DNA from: Promethearchaeota archaeon | Lineage (GTDB): Archaea; Asgardarchaeota; Lokiarchaeia; Sigyniarchaeales; SOKP01 | Assembly (NCBI GenBank): GCA_016839585.1 | Contig: JAEOTZ010000041.1 | Location: forward strand, 3,159 to 67,158 | Direction of reading: 5' to 3' | Length of the DNA stretch: 64,000 bases | In this document: piece by piece, positions 48,979-57,762 of the stretch | Layout: each line of letters opens with the position of its first letter | How positions within the stretch are numbered: position 1 is the first letter of the stretch | The notes under the pieces: model-generated | What the model was told of the DNA's origin: nothing | What the model saw: only the letters and a program-made list of their open reading frames with translations | The model's database searches: none | Translations under genes and position numbers: made by a program

Positions 48979-49509
48979 TTATGGTTCATCCAGCGTGCCC
49001 ATTTTCACCCCAATCATGTATTGGAGTATGACAAATGTAATAATTATCATTACTATACCAATTGCTAGAATTCGTAGAGCTAAACTTTTATTATAGACGT
49101 GTTTAGACGCTTGATATAAAAAGATAAATCCTATTGAGCAAAAAAACATCAACATAGAAGCTACTATACCCTCTATTATGAAACTTTCATAAAGATCTGG
49201 ATAAAGAAAAATCGGTGTGTGTGGTGGATTTGGATCAGATCCTAATGCTGGAGGGTTTCTGATCATTAAATAAATTACTCCAGTCTGAAGAATAAATAGT
49301 ATTATGTATACTACCACAATACTCAAATATTTTGATGGCATAGGTAAAGAAACTCTAGGAGTTCTAAATTTAGGAAAATTGATTTTAGGTTTTCTCAATA
49401 ATTTTCCTGGAATCCAAGGAGTTTTACTTCTTATTCTTTCTAATATTGTTTCGGAGCCTATGACTTCTTCTTTTTTAATTTTTTTTTTTGAACCTGATTG
49501 CTTTTGCAT
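48979..49509 (-). CDS. OSTC/DC2 (Ost3/Ost6-family)-like small membrane protein
   Basis: Three TM helices. LPMPS...VVVY..L.TGVIY..I.NPP.LGS...EGIVASML....IGFIFL is collinear with human OSTC as recalled (MPS..VVVSY..ITGGIIYDVIVEPPSVGS..MEGLASSFLF..GLGFIIL). Confidence 0.55.
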   Translation of the reverse strand: MQKQSGSKKKIKKEEVIGSETILERIRSKTPWIPGKLLRKPKINFPKFRTPRVSLPMPSKYLSIVVVYIILFILQTGVIYLMIRNPPALGSDPNPPHTPIFLYPDLYESFIIEGIVASMLMFFCSIGFIFLYQASKHVYNKSLALRILAIGIVMIIITFVILQYMIGVKMGTLDEP

Positions 49510-49581
49510 AATGAACTATGGATAGATTATTTATTTAAATTTATTAATTTTTTCAAATGATATAAAAAAAGTCTTAATATC

Positions 49582-51087
49582 TTAATCTAATTTCTCGAAT
49601 AAATTAACTAGAAAATTCCAGATCCTTTCAACAGATTTTACTTGTAATCGCTCATTAGGAGAATGAGCTCCTTCATTGTTAGGTCCTAATGAAATCATTT
49701 CCATTTTAGGAAAATGTTTCTTTAGAATGCCACATTCTAAACCAGCATGAATCGCTTTAATGTGAACATCTTTTTTAAATATTTGTTTATAAGCATCCTT
49801 GGATAATGCCAATAGCTTGGAATTAAAATCAGGTGTCCACCCCGGATAATCACTGCCTATTATAATTTCAGTTTCTAAATTAGATAATTTGAATAAGGTC
49901 TTCAATCTTTCCCAAATTACGTATTTGAAGTATTCACTCATGCTTCTTTGATGAAATATGATTTCAATACGATTATTTTTAGTATTTATTATTGCAAAAT
50001 TTGTTGAAGTAAATACTAAGTCTTTAATTTTTGGATGCATCAAATGAGAACCGCTAGGGAGTAAATATAAGATATTCAAGAGTTTTTCCTGAAAATCATT
50101 TGCTAAAACCTTGTTATTAGCAAAGTGTTCTATTTTTTTTATAATAACTTCCATCTTTGGCTCAATACCATTAAAAGCAATTTTTATATCTTTAATAAGA
50201 TCCCCAATAAAAGTGTTTATTTCTGAAAATTTCTCCCTCTTTACTAATAAAATAGCATTAGCTTCTCTAGGTATAGCATTATTCCTATTTCCTCCATCTA
50301 TAGAAATGATATGAATTAAAAATTTATCATTTAACTTCCAGAGAAGTTGACTCATTATTTTTAGAGCATTAGCTCGCCCTAAATGAATATCGGCCCCTGA
50401 ATGTCCTCCTAATAAGCCAGTTATAAAAATTTTTATAGGTATTAGTCGCTCTTCACTCTGATTTATATTAGATATCTCTTTCTTAATATCAAAGATAGTA
50501 ACTATACCTCCTGCACATCCGACTGTAAAAGCATTATCTTCTTCTGAATCGATATTTACCAGATAATCTCCTTTTATTAAATCTGTTTCTATCTCGAACG
50601 CACCCTTTAGACCTACTTCTTCATCAACAGTAAATAATAATTCAAAACTTAATGAATCAAACTCTAATTCCTTCTTGTAAATCTTTTTCATTAGAGTTAA
50701 TAAATAAGAAATTCCAACACCATTGTCGGCACCTAAAGTGGTTCCTTCAGCTGTAACCCATACTTCATCGTCAATGTTTATTGTTTTTAACTTTAATGGA
50801 TCTTTTGTAAAATCATGGGAAATGGCTTCATTTTTTTCACAAACCATATCCATATGACACTGCAAAATAATTCGTTGTTTTTCATGAGATATTGATGGAA
50901 TTCTAACTACTAGATTTCCTGTTTTATCAACCTTTGTATTGAAAACTAATTTCTCTGCTTGATTTTTAATATAGTCTCTTACTTCATCTTCATTACCCGA
51001 ACAACGAGGAATTTTAGAAATTTCTTCAAAATAATCCCAAAATTCATATGGTGGACCTAACTCTTTTAATATTGACAATTTATTCAC
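49582..51087 (-). CDS. pepD: aminoacyl-histidine dipeptidase (M20C, PepD)
   Basis: FEEISKIPRCSGNE, CHMDMV, LGADNGVG and TVDEEVGL motifs; 501 aa. Confidence 0.8.
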   Translation of the reverse strand: MNKLSILKELGPPYEFWDYFEEISKIPRCSGNEDEVRDYIKNQAEKLVFNTKVDKTGNLVVRIPSISHEKQRIILQCHMDMVCEKNEAISHDFTKDPLKLKTINIDDEVWVTAEGTTLGADNGVGISYLLTLMKKIYKKELEFDSLSFELLFTVDEEVGLKGAFEIETDLIKGDYLVNIDSEEDNAFTVGCAGGIVTIFDIKKEISNINQSEERLIPIKIFITGLLGGHSGADIHLGRANALKIMSQLLWKLNDKFLIHIISIDGGNRNNAIPREANAILLVKREKFSEINTFIGDLIKDIKIAFNGIEPKMEVIIKKIEHFANNKVLANDFQEKLLNILYLLPSGSHLMHPKIKDLVFTSTNFAIINTKNNRIEIIFHQRSMSEYFKYVIWERLKTLFKLSNLETEIIIGSDYPGWTPDFNSKLLALSKDAYKQIFKKDVHIKAIHAGLECGILKKHFPKMEMISLGPNNEGAHSPNERLQVKSVERIWNFLVNLFEKLD

Positions 51088-51174
51088 TTCCTATACAAAA
51101 ATATATATTAACTTATTTATATTAATTATAAAATAACACTAGATTCCTTTTAACTTTATTTAAAGGCAAGTAAA

Positions 51175-52293
51175 ATGAGCTGGAAAGATTTATATTCAGA
51201 AGTAAAAAAACGAAAAATGGAGGCATTGAATAAAAAAGATGTAGTAGAAGCGGTGGAAAAACACGGAAAAATTCTAGCTGTAAGTGGAAAATATGAGAAA
51301 CCTAAAAAAGTAATTGAATATATGTATGCCTCTCAAAAGGAAGTAATAAAAGAAAACGCAATAATGAAAGTCGATTTATCTCAATATGATGTATTACTTA
51401 TAGGATGTCCAGGAAGCGATATTCCTTATTCTGCTCATCCTAAAGTTAAAAATTTTGTTGTAAATGGGGGATGGTTAATTACAACTGATTGGGCCATTCG
51501 AAGTATTATTGAAAATATTTTTCCAGGTTATATCAGATGGAATGGCGCTAAAACTGCTGATGCTGTTGTGGCTTGTCAAATTCTTGAACCAAATCATCCT
51601 TTTCTAGAAGGAGTGATAAATGAAATTCAACAGAGTAAATGGGAGAAACAAGCATCAAAAAACACAAAAAAGAAAGAGTTTAGATGGTGGCTTGAAACTC
51701 GCTCCTTTCCTATACAAATTATAAACCATCAAGCGGTTAAGGTATTAATTGGCTCATGGGAGATTCAAAATAAATGGGGGGAAGCACCTGTGTTAGTTGA
51801 ATTCGATTATGGTAAAACAGGTGGAAAAATTATTCATATGATTAGCCATACACATTTGCAAAAAGGAGGAGCTAAAGGAAAATATGCTTCCGCATTAATT
51901 TTAACAAATATCTTAGATGAAAAAATATCTAAAAAAATGGGGATAACAAAGAAACCTACTTCTGGATATGTTTCTGATTGGGAAAGTATGCAATCTCAAC
52001 CTCAACAACCTTTAGAAGATCAATGGGTTTCGGTCCCCCAACAAGAAAATTATATAACGCCTAATACTATTGGAGGAGGATTAACAGAAACTTCTCAAAT
52101 TATAGAAGCAGATGTTAATAATAAAAGCTTTTCTTTTACATCTAAATGTATATATTGTGGATATGATTTTATAGATTATACGGGGAAAATTTATATATGT
52201 AAAGCATGTGGAATTCCTTATCATGAAAATTGTATAAATACGCAGATAAACGAAGGAACTTGTAAAAATTGTAGTCGAATCTTATTGTGGTAG
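51175..52293 (+). CDS. hypothetical protein with C-terminal C4HC3 (PHD/RING-like) zinc finger
   Basis: C-x2-C-x13-C-x2-C-x4-H-x2-C-x9-C-x2-C in the last 48 aa. The N-terminal ~250 aa is a possible class-I GATase/ThuA-like fold (weak). Q-rich linker. Confidence 0.5.
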   Translation: MSWKDLYSEVKKRKMEALNKKDVVEAVEKHGKILAVSGKYEKPKKVIEYMYASQKEVIKENAIMKVDLSQYDVLLIGCPGSDIPYSAHPKVKNFVVNGGWLITTDWAIRSIIENIFPGYIRWNGAKTADAVVACQILEPNHPFLEGVINEIQQSKWEKQASKNTKKKEFRWWLETRSFPIQIINHQAVKVLIGSWEIQNKWGEAPVLVEFDYGKTGGKIIHMISHTHLQKGGAKGKYASALILTNILDEKISKKMGITKKPTSGYVSDWESMQSQPQQPLEDQWVSVPQQENYITPNTIGGGLTETSQIIEADVNNKSFSFTSKCIYCGYDFIDYTGKIYICKACGIPYHENCINTQINEGTCKNCSRILLW

Positions 52294-52502
52294 GTAAATG
52301 TCTTGAAATTTAAATGTTATGTAAATTTATATTTTATATTTTGAAAAAGTAAAAATTACTATTTCTCAATTAAACTAAAAGTTAAATTCTATGTGCATAT
52401 TTATAATTGATAGAGATATTTTTTTAAAAAACAACACTCTACTTTAAATAAAAAATAAGTGAAAAAGAATAAAAAAAAATAATAATTAAATGAATTCTAA
52501 TT

Positions 52503-52700
52503 TTAATCTTCAGTTATAGTAATAGCTTCTTCAGGACATTGAGTTTCGCATGCCATACAACCTACGCAATCTTCACGATTTTCCTCGATAACATTTACTT
52601 TATCGCCCTCTGGTTCGCCAAAACATTCTGAAGGGCAGACTTCATAACATGTTCCACAGCCAGTACAGGCATCGAGATCTATTTCAATACTAAATGACAT
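52503..52700 (-). CDS. 2x[4Fe-4S] ferredoxin
   Basis: CTGCGTCYEVCP and CVGCMACETQCP; 65 aa. Confidence 0.9.
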   Translation of the reverse strand: MSFSIEIDLDACTGCGTCYEVCPSECFGEPEGDKVNVIEENREDCVGCMACETQCPEEAITITED

Positions 52701-52874
52701 AAAATTATAACTCCTTTCTTATTTTTATTAACAATTTTAAATTGTTTTATAACAATTTTATATTTGATAATAATATAAAAAATTTAAATTTCGTTTTTAT
52801 TAAGAACAATTATCAATTAATTATTATTTTTTAAACTTAATGCAAACATTTTAATACTTAAATGTAAATCAATC

Positions 52875-53843
52875 TTGAAAGTACAAGAACTCTGGAGATT
52901 TAAGTATGGTGAATCAATTCTAGGAATTGAGCTTGATGATATTAATAATAATGGTCAAAAAGAAATTATTGCTTATTCTAAAGACGGCAAATTATTAATT
53001 ATTTCTTTAGAAGGAAAATTACTACTAGAAAAGCAAATTTCAGAAAAGAGTTCAATTTGGCAAGCAAATATCTATGATATCGATAATGATGGAAAAAAAG
53101 AATTACTTTTAGGTGGAATGGATGGTATATTAAGAATTCTTAGCTGTGATTTAACTTATAATTTAAATCTCTTCTGGTCACACCAATTTGGAGCTTCAAT
53201 AAGTGGAATACTTATCGATGATATAAATAATGATGGATTAGACGATGTAATTGCATTCTCACTAGATAAAACTATTAGAGTGTTAAATCCATTGGAGGGT
53301 AATTTAGTTTGGGGGCAAGTTTTTAAAGATGGTATTGAAGATGCAATCATTTGGTCTGAAATTAATGGACTTAGAAATAAAGAATTAATAGCATGTGGAA
53401 ATGATGGCACTATTAGAGTATTTAATGGCAAAAGTGGAGAATTAAGCTGGTTTAAACAGTTCTCAAATAAAGTACGTTGTATTACTACTTTAAAATCAAA
53501 TTTAGGGAATTTAGTGATATGTGGTGAAGATGATAAGCTTCTGCATTTCATAGATAAAAACTCACATGAAGAAATTAAGTCTATGAAATTTAATGATTAC
53601 GTATGGAATTGTAAATCTTTCCCTTCTAGTATTTACAATAAATTAATAGTTAGTACTTATTCATTCGCGTATTTCAATGACTCAATTCCAAATGAAAAAA
53701 TTTCTTTCACTTCAAAATTAGTCTATTTAGATGAATATTTAGTGCAAAAATGGGAATTAAAAAATAAGAATATCGAGGCCATACATATAGTTAAAAAAAA
53801 TAAAAGAAATTTAATATTCTTAGGAACTACCTGGGTGAATTGA
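52875..53843 (+). CDS. FG-GAP-like repeat beta-propeller protein (frame broken near the 3' end; coding appears to continue to 53992)
   Basis: Repeated D-[DI]-[ND]-N-[ND]-G-x-x-[ED] motifs followed by G.DG.[IL]R[IV][LF] strands. TTG start. Confidence 0.65.
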   Translation: MKVQELWRFKYGESILGIELDDINNNGQKEIIAYSKDGKLLIISLEGKLLLEKQISEKSSIWQANIYDIDNDGKKELLLGGMDGILRILSCDLTYNLNLFWSHQFGASISGILIDDINNDGLDDVIAFSLDKTIRVLNPLEGNLVWGQVFKDGIEDAIIWSEINGLRNKELIACGNDGTIRVFNGKSGELSWFKQFSNKVRCITTLKSNLGNLVICGEDDKLLHFIDKNSHEEIKSMKFNDYVWNCKSFPSSIYNKLIVSTYSFAYFNDSIPNEKISFTSKLVYLDEYLVQKWELKNKNIEAIHIVKKNKRNLIFLGTTWVN

Positions 53844-54207
53844 TTATTATGGATGAAATTACTGGTAAAATCTTACTCAATATTAAATATAAATCGTGCT
53901 TGAATGCTGTAAAATATTGTTTAAATCTTAACATTATAATCGCTTGCCATGATAATGGAACAATATTTGCCTATTTTTTAGAAGAATCTTAGTATTTTTA
54001 ATATTCAGCTTAAATTCTGAAAAAAAATTTTATTTGATAAGAAAATGAACTAATCTTGTAATTAAGTTCTTTAATTAGTATTAAAATACTGAAGAAAAAG
54101 ATGATTACTCAATTTTTAGATTGGTTGTTCTCAAATGAATAATAAACAATATTAAATCTTAAAGATTTAAATTTGAAAAATAAAAAAAAATAAAATTTTG
54201 TTATATT

Positions 54208-54531
54208 TTATTCTTCGCTCTCTTCTTCTGCTGCCAATTCCTCCTCCAACTCCTCTAATGGGACCGGCGCTGGGGTTGTAAGCATTGAGTATCCAATCCA
54301 GATTGCGATAATCGCGATTAGGATAATCAGGAGCCACATGGGAGCAACCACGAATAATCTCCAATCTAACCAATCTATATCAAAAAGGTGAGTCCATTCA
54401 TCCCACTCACCACTGGAAGGAGCCCAAATTGTTGTAAATAAGAGATCTAAGATAGAACCCATTGTGTAGACGATAGCGATTAGAATCCCGATAATCATCA
54501 CAATAGCTCCAATCACTTTATCTTTAGCCAT
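54208..54531 (-). CDS. small membrane protein with Trp-rich loop and acidic tail
   Basis: 107 aa with two clear TM helices and a PLEELEEELAAEEESEE C-terminus. Markedly GC-richer than its flanks. Confidence 0.55.
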   Translation of the reverse strand: MAKDKVIGAIVMIIGILIAIVYTMGSILDLLFTTIWAPSSGEWDEWTHLFDIDWLDWRLFVVAPMWLLIILIAIIAIWIGYSMLTTPAPVPLEELEEELAAEEESEE

Positions 54532-54754
54532 ATTAATAACCTTTAGGAAATGTTTTTGTATTTTTTATTTAATTGCTTTACACTTTATTATTTTAAGCAG
54601 ATTAATTTGCTTAATATTATATTTTAAAAATTTATTTAATTAAAACCATTCGATCAAAACTATATGATCATAAATAAAATATTATGATGATCCATAATTA
54701 GACTATATAGAAATAATTAAAATCTTAATAGAATCTGAATATCAAATTAATATT

Positions 54755-55723
54755 ATGTCTAAAAAAGATGGTTATGTCATTATAATTGGTTCTAGTAATA
54801 TGGATTTAAATATTTATTCTAAGCAATTCCCAAATCCGGGCGAAACCGTTACTGGCGGGACGTTTAAGCAATTTTTAGGTGGCAAAGGAGCTAATCAGGC
54901 AGTTGCTTCCGTTAGATCCGGGGCAAGTACAATTTTCATAGGAAAAATTGGAATTGATACCTTTGGTGAACAAATGATATCGCGATTAACTGCTGAGGGT
55001 ATTAATACAGAACATATTTTTAGAGATCCACAAGAACATAGCGGTGTAGCGTTCATAATCATTGATGAGAATGGAGAAAATATGATAAGTGTAGCTCCAG
55101 GAGCAAATTTCAAATTAACTCCAGAAGAAATCAAATTAAAAGCAAATATAATTAAAAATGCTAAATCGTTAGTGGTTCAAATGGAGATTCCAATTGAAAC
55201 TATCATTGAAATATTTAATATAGCTTCTAAAGGTGATGTAATAAAAATATTAAATCCTGCCCCATTAAAACCCATTCCTCTCAGTATTTTAAAGAATATA
55301 GATATAATCATCCCGAATGAAGGAGAATTATTTCGTTTATATTCACTTTTAGAGTTAAAAGGTCTATCTGGTGAAGGAAAGCAAAAAATTCTTCAAGCTT
55401 CTAAAGATATATACAATTTAGGTCTAAAAATTATCATTACTACACTTGGTAAGAAAGGTTGTGTTATTTATGATGGAGAAAAAGATAAGATTATTGACAT
55501 TTCAGCTCCTAAAGTTAAGGCAGTAGATACAGTTGGAGCTGGAGATTGTTTCATTGGAGTTTTAGCAAGTAAATTGAGTAAAGGTGAAACTATTGTTAAA
55601 GCAGTTAAATATGCAACAGTAGCAGCATCTATTGCTGTTACTAGAAAAGGAGCTCAAGAATCAATGCCCTATTTAAATGAAATTGAAGAAAAAATAAAAA
55701 ATTTGAAGATTAATCTTTATTAA
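54755..55723 (+). CDS. rbsK: ribokinase (PfkB family)
   Basis: GSSNMDL, GGKGANQAVA and DTVGAGDCF motifs. Confidence 0.85.
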   Translation: MSKKDGYVIIIGSSNMDLNIYSKQFPNPGETVTGGTFKQFLGGKGANQAVASVRSGASTIFIGKIGIDTFGEQMISRLTAEGINTEHIFRDPQEHSGVAFIIIDENGENMISVAPGANFKLTPEEIKLKANIIKNAKSLVVQMEIPIETIIEIFNIASKGDVIKILNPAPLKPIPLSILKNIDIIIPNEGELFRLYSLLELKGLSGEGKQKILQASKDIYNLGLKIIITTLGKKGCVIYDGEKDKIIDISAPKVKAVDTVGAGDCFIGVLASKLSKGETIVKAVKYATVAASIAVTRKGAQESMPYLNEIEEKIKNLKINLY

Positions 55724-55736
55724 AGAGAGATTTAAT

Positions 55737-56405
55737 ATGAAAAAAAAAAAAATTTTCCCAGAAAGAAGTACATCATTGAGAAAAAATGGTTCTCAAGAAT
55801 TAAGAATCTCCTTTAAAAAAAACAACATTAAAAAAGTGTACATTATTAATGGTTCATCTTTTATTACTGAAAATAATTTGAGTTCTATTTTAATTATAAA
55901 ACCAGAAAATCACTATATGATCATAAATAAAGAAGAAAATCCTATTGAGATCACCTATAGTAGGGATATTTCTAATCACCAAGTTATTTATGATCCTTAT
56001 AAGTATGAGGATTCAGAAAAAATAAATTTTAAAGCTGAGTTTTTTAAAAGAAAATATAAAATCCCTAAAGGATATATTATTACACTTCCTAAGTGGTACA
56101 GTTTTAAATTTACGTATCCAGATCATAATTTAATTTTTGTTCGACCAGAATATGGGCTTTCAATTCAAATACATAAGTATAGGAATGAGTTATGGGAAAT
56201 TTTAGATGGTAATCCAATTATTCTAAATGGAAATACGGTTTATTATTATGTAAAAAGCGGTACTAAATTTAAAATTCCTATAAACACATTCCACACAGTT
56301 ATTAATCCAAATAAAAAAAAATTTGTCATTTTAAAAGAGCAATGGAGTGGAAATTTTAACGAGGAAGACATTTCAAGAGTGTTTAACCCAAATAATTATA
56401 CATAA
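55737..56405 (+). CDS. cupin-domain protein (type II phosphomannose isomerase-like)
   Basis: LSIQIHKYRNELWEILDG...G..F.IP..TFHTVINP follows the S.Q.H..R.E.W...G cupin pattern. Confidence 0.55.
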   Translation: MKKKKIFPERSTSLRKNGSQELRISFKKNNIKKVYIINGSSFITENNLSSILIIKPENHYMIINKEENPIEITYSRDISNHQVIYDPYKYEDSEKINFKAEFFKRKYKIPKGYIITLPKWYSFKFTYPDHNLIFVRPEYGLSIQIHKYRNELWEILDGNPIILNGNTVYYYVKSGTKFKIPINTFHTVINPNKKKFVILKEQWSGNFNEEDISRVFNPNNYT

Positions 56406-56647
56406 TCATTATGCCTATTTTGAAAAAGAGCAATTAGAATATTCGATAAAATTTAAGATTTGAAGATAAACAAAAAATCTTTCAAATTCGTATCTAAGAC
56501 TTATAAGTTTTATGTTTTTTCTTAGATTTATATCTCTTTTTAATAAAATTAAAATTTGATATATTACTAAAAACCTCACCGTAATGAATAAAATTATAAA
56601 AAAAAATTACATAATATAATAAATGGAACAAGCAGATTGGTTTAAAA

Positions 56648-57169
56648 ATGGCTCCGGATGAACAATTTAATGAAGAAGAATTGGAAAAAAATGAAAAAGA
56701 AGATATCTCTGATGAAGAAATTGAGGAAGAGTTAGAGGAAGAGTTAGATTTAGAAGAAGAAAGAAGGAAATTGCAATTTCAATATCGAGGCTACACACTA
56801 GATGAATTAAAGAAGATGAACATGGACCAATTTATTCAATTATTACCAGCAAGAGCACGACGATCATTACGTAGAGGATTACCGCCAAGACAAAAAAAAT
56901 TGCTCGAAAGATTAAGAAGGGCTTATCGTGCTAAGAAAAGAGGTAAAGATTTAATTACAAGAACACACATCCGTGATATGATTATTTTCCCTGAGATGGT
57001 TGGACTTAAGATCGGTGTTTACAACGGAAAAGAATTTGAAATCGTTGATATCTTACCAGATATGATTGGACATTATCTTGGAGAATTTTCATTAACAAGA
57101 AGGCGAGTTCAGCATGGCAGTCCTGGAATAGGAGCCACACGTTCAAGTAAATATGTTCCTTTAAAATAA
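56648..57169 (+). CDS. rps19: ribosomal protein uS19 (S15e-like) with ~40-aa acidic N-terminal extension
   Basis: YRGYTLDEL...[25 protein letters not shown]...[10 protein letters not shown]...HGSPGIGAT. Confidence 0.95.
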   Translation: MAPDEQFNEEELEKNEKEDISDEEIEEELEEELDLEEERRKLQFQYRGYTLDELKKMNMDQFIQLLPARARRSLRRGLPPRQKKLLERLRRAYRAKKRGKDLITRTHIRDMIIFPEMVGLKIGVYNGKEFEIVDILPDMIGHYLGEFSLTRRRVQHGSPGIGATRSSKYVPLK

Positions 57170-57211
57170 TAATTATTTTAGTAATGAATTAAATAAGAAG
57201 GATGATATTAA

Positions 57212-57691
57212 ATGCCTAATTGGGGTTATTCTTTCATAGAACAGAAATATGATGCCGAAAGATTGGCAAAAGCAGCAGGTAGAGATCTACGAATTAAACC
57301 TAAACAGGCTAGAGAAATCTGTGCTGTAATAAAAGGTATGAAGATCGATCGAGCTAAAACTTTTTTAGAAGATGTAATTCAATTAAAGCAATCAGTCCCC
57401 TTCAGAAGACATAAGAAAAAACTTGCTCATAAAAAAGATCTAAAACAATTTAAATGGTACGCTGGAAGATATCCTCAGAAAGCAGCAGCTAGGATTTACG
57501 AGATTCTTGCCTCTGTTGAATCAAATGCCGAATATAAAGGTTTAGACACAGAATTATGCAGAATAATCCATGCGGCAACACATAGGGGAAGAATAATAAA
57601 AAGGTATATGCCACGAGCTCAGGGTCGATCAACTGCCAGATTTAAGCATTTAAGCCATGTTGAAATTGTAATCTATGAATTTCCTAGTTAG
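57212..57691 (+). CDS. rpl22: ribosomal protein uL22
   Basis: Operon position and 159-aa L17e-like sequence (RIKPKQAREICAVIKGM...HVEIV). Confidence 0.9.
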   Translation: MPNWGYSFIEQKYDAERLAKAAGRDLRIKPKQAREICAVIKGMKIDRAKTFLEDVIQLKQSVPFRRHKKKLAHKKDLKQFKWYAGRYPQKAAARIYEILASVESNAEYKGLDTELCRIIHAATHRGRIIKRYMPRAQGRSTARFKHLSHVEIVIYEFPS

Positions 57692-57751
57692 GTATGAATT
57701 ATTAAAATTAAAAAAACACACACATAATTGGTGATAAAGAACAAGATGGTT

Positions 57752-57756
57752 GGTGA
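57752..57756 (+). promoter_or_regulatory. Shine-Dalgarno-like GGTGA 6 nt upstream of ATG 57763 (uS3 exon 1)
   Basis: The same GGTGA/AGGTG-type motif precedes eL32, eL19, uS8 and uL6 in this operon. No comparable motif lies before ATG 57836. Confidence 0.55.
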
Positions 57757-57762
57757 ATACTG

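Noticed and set aside
53826-53848. A BHB intron at the propeller frame break.
   Set aside because: The two frames overlap so that the required correction is only 1-2 nt, leaving no room for an intron.
54684-54738. A possible C/D-box sRNA: ATGATGA (54684-90) and CTGA (54735-38) 55 nt apart, with short complementary flanks.
   Set aside because: There are no recognisable internal D'/C' boxes. From rough base-frequency arithmetic I expect about 0.4 such box pairs by chance in a window of this size and composition.
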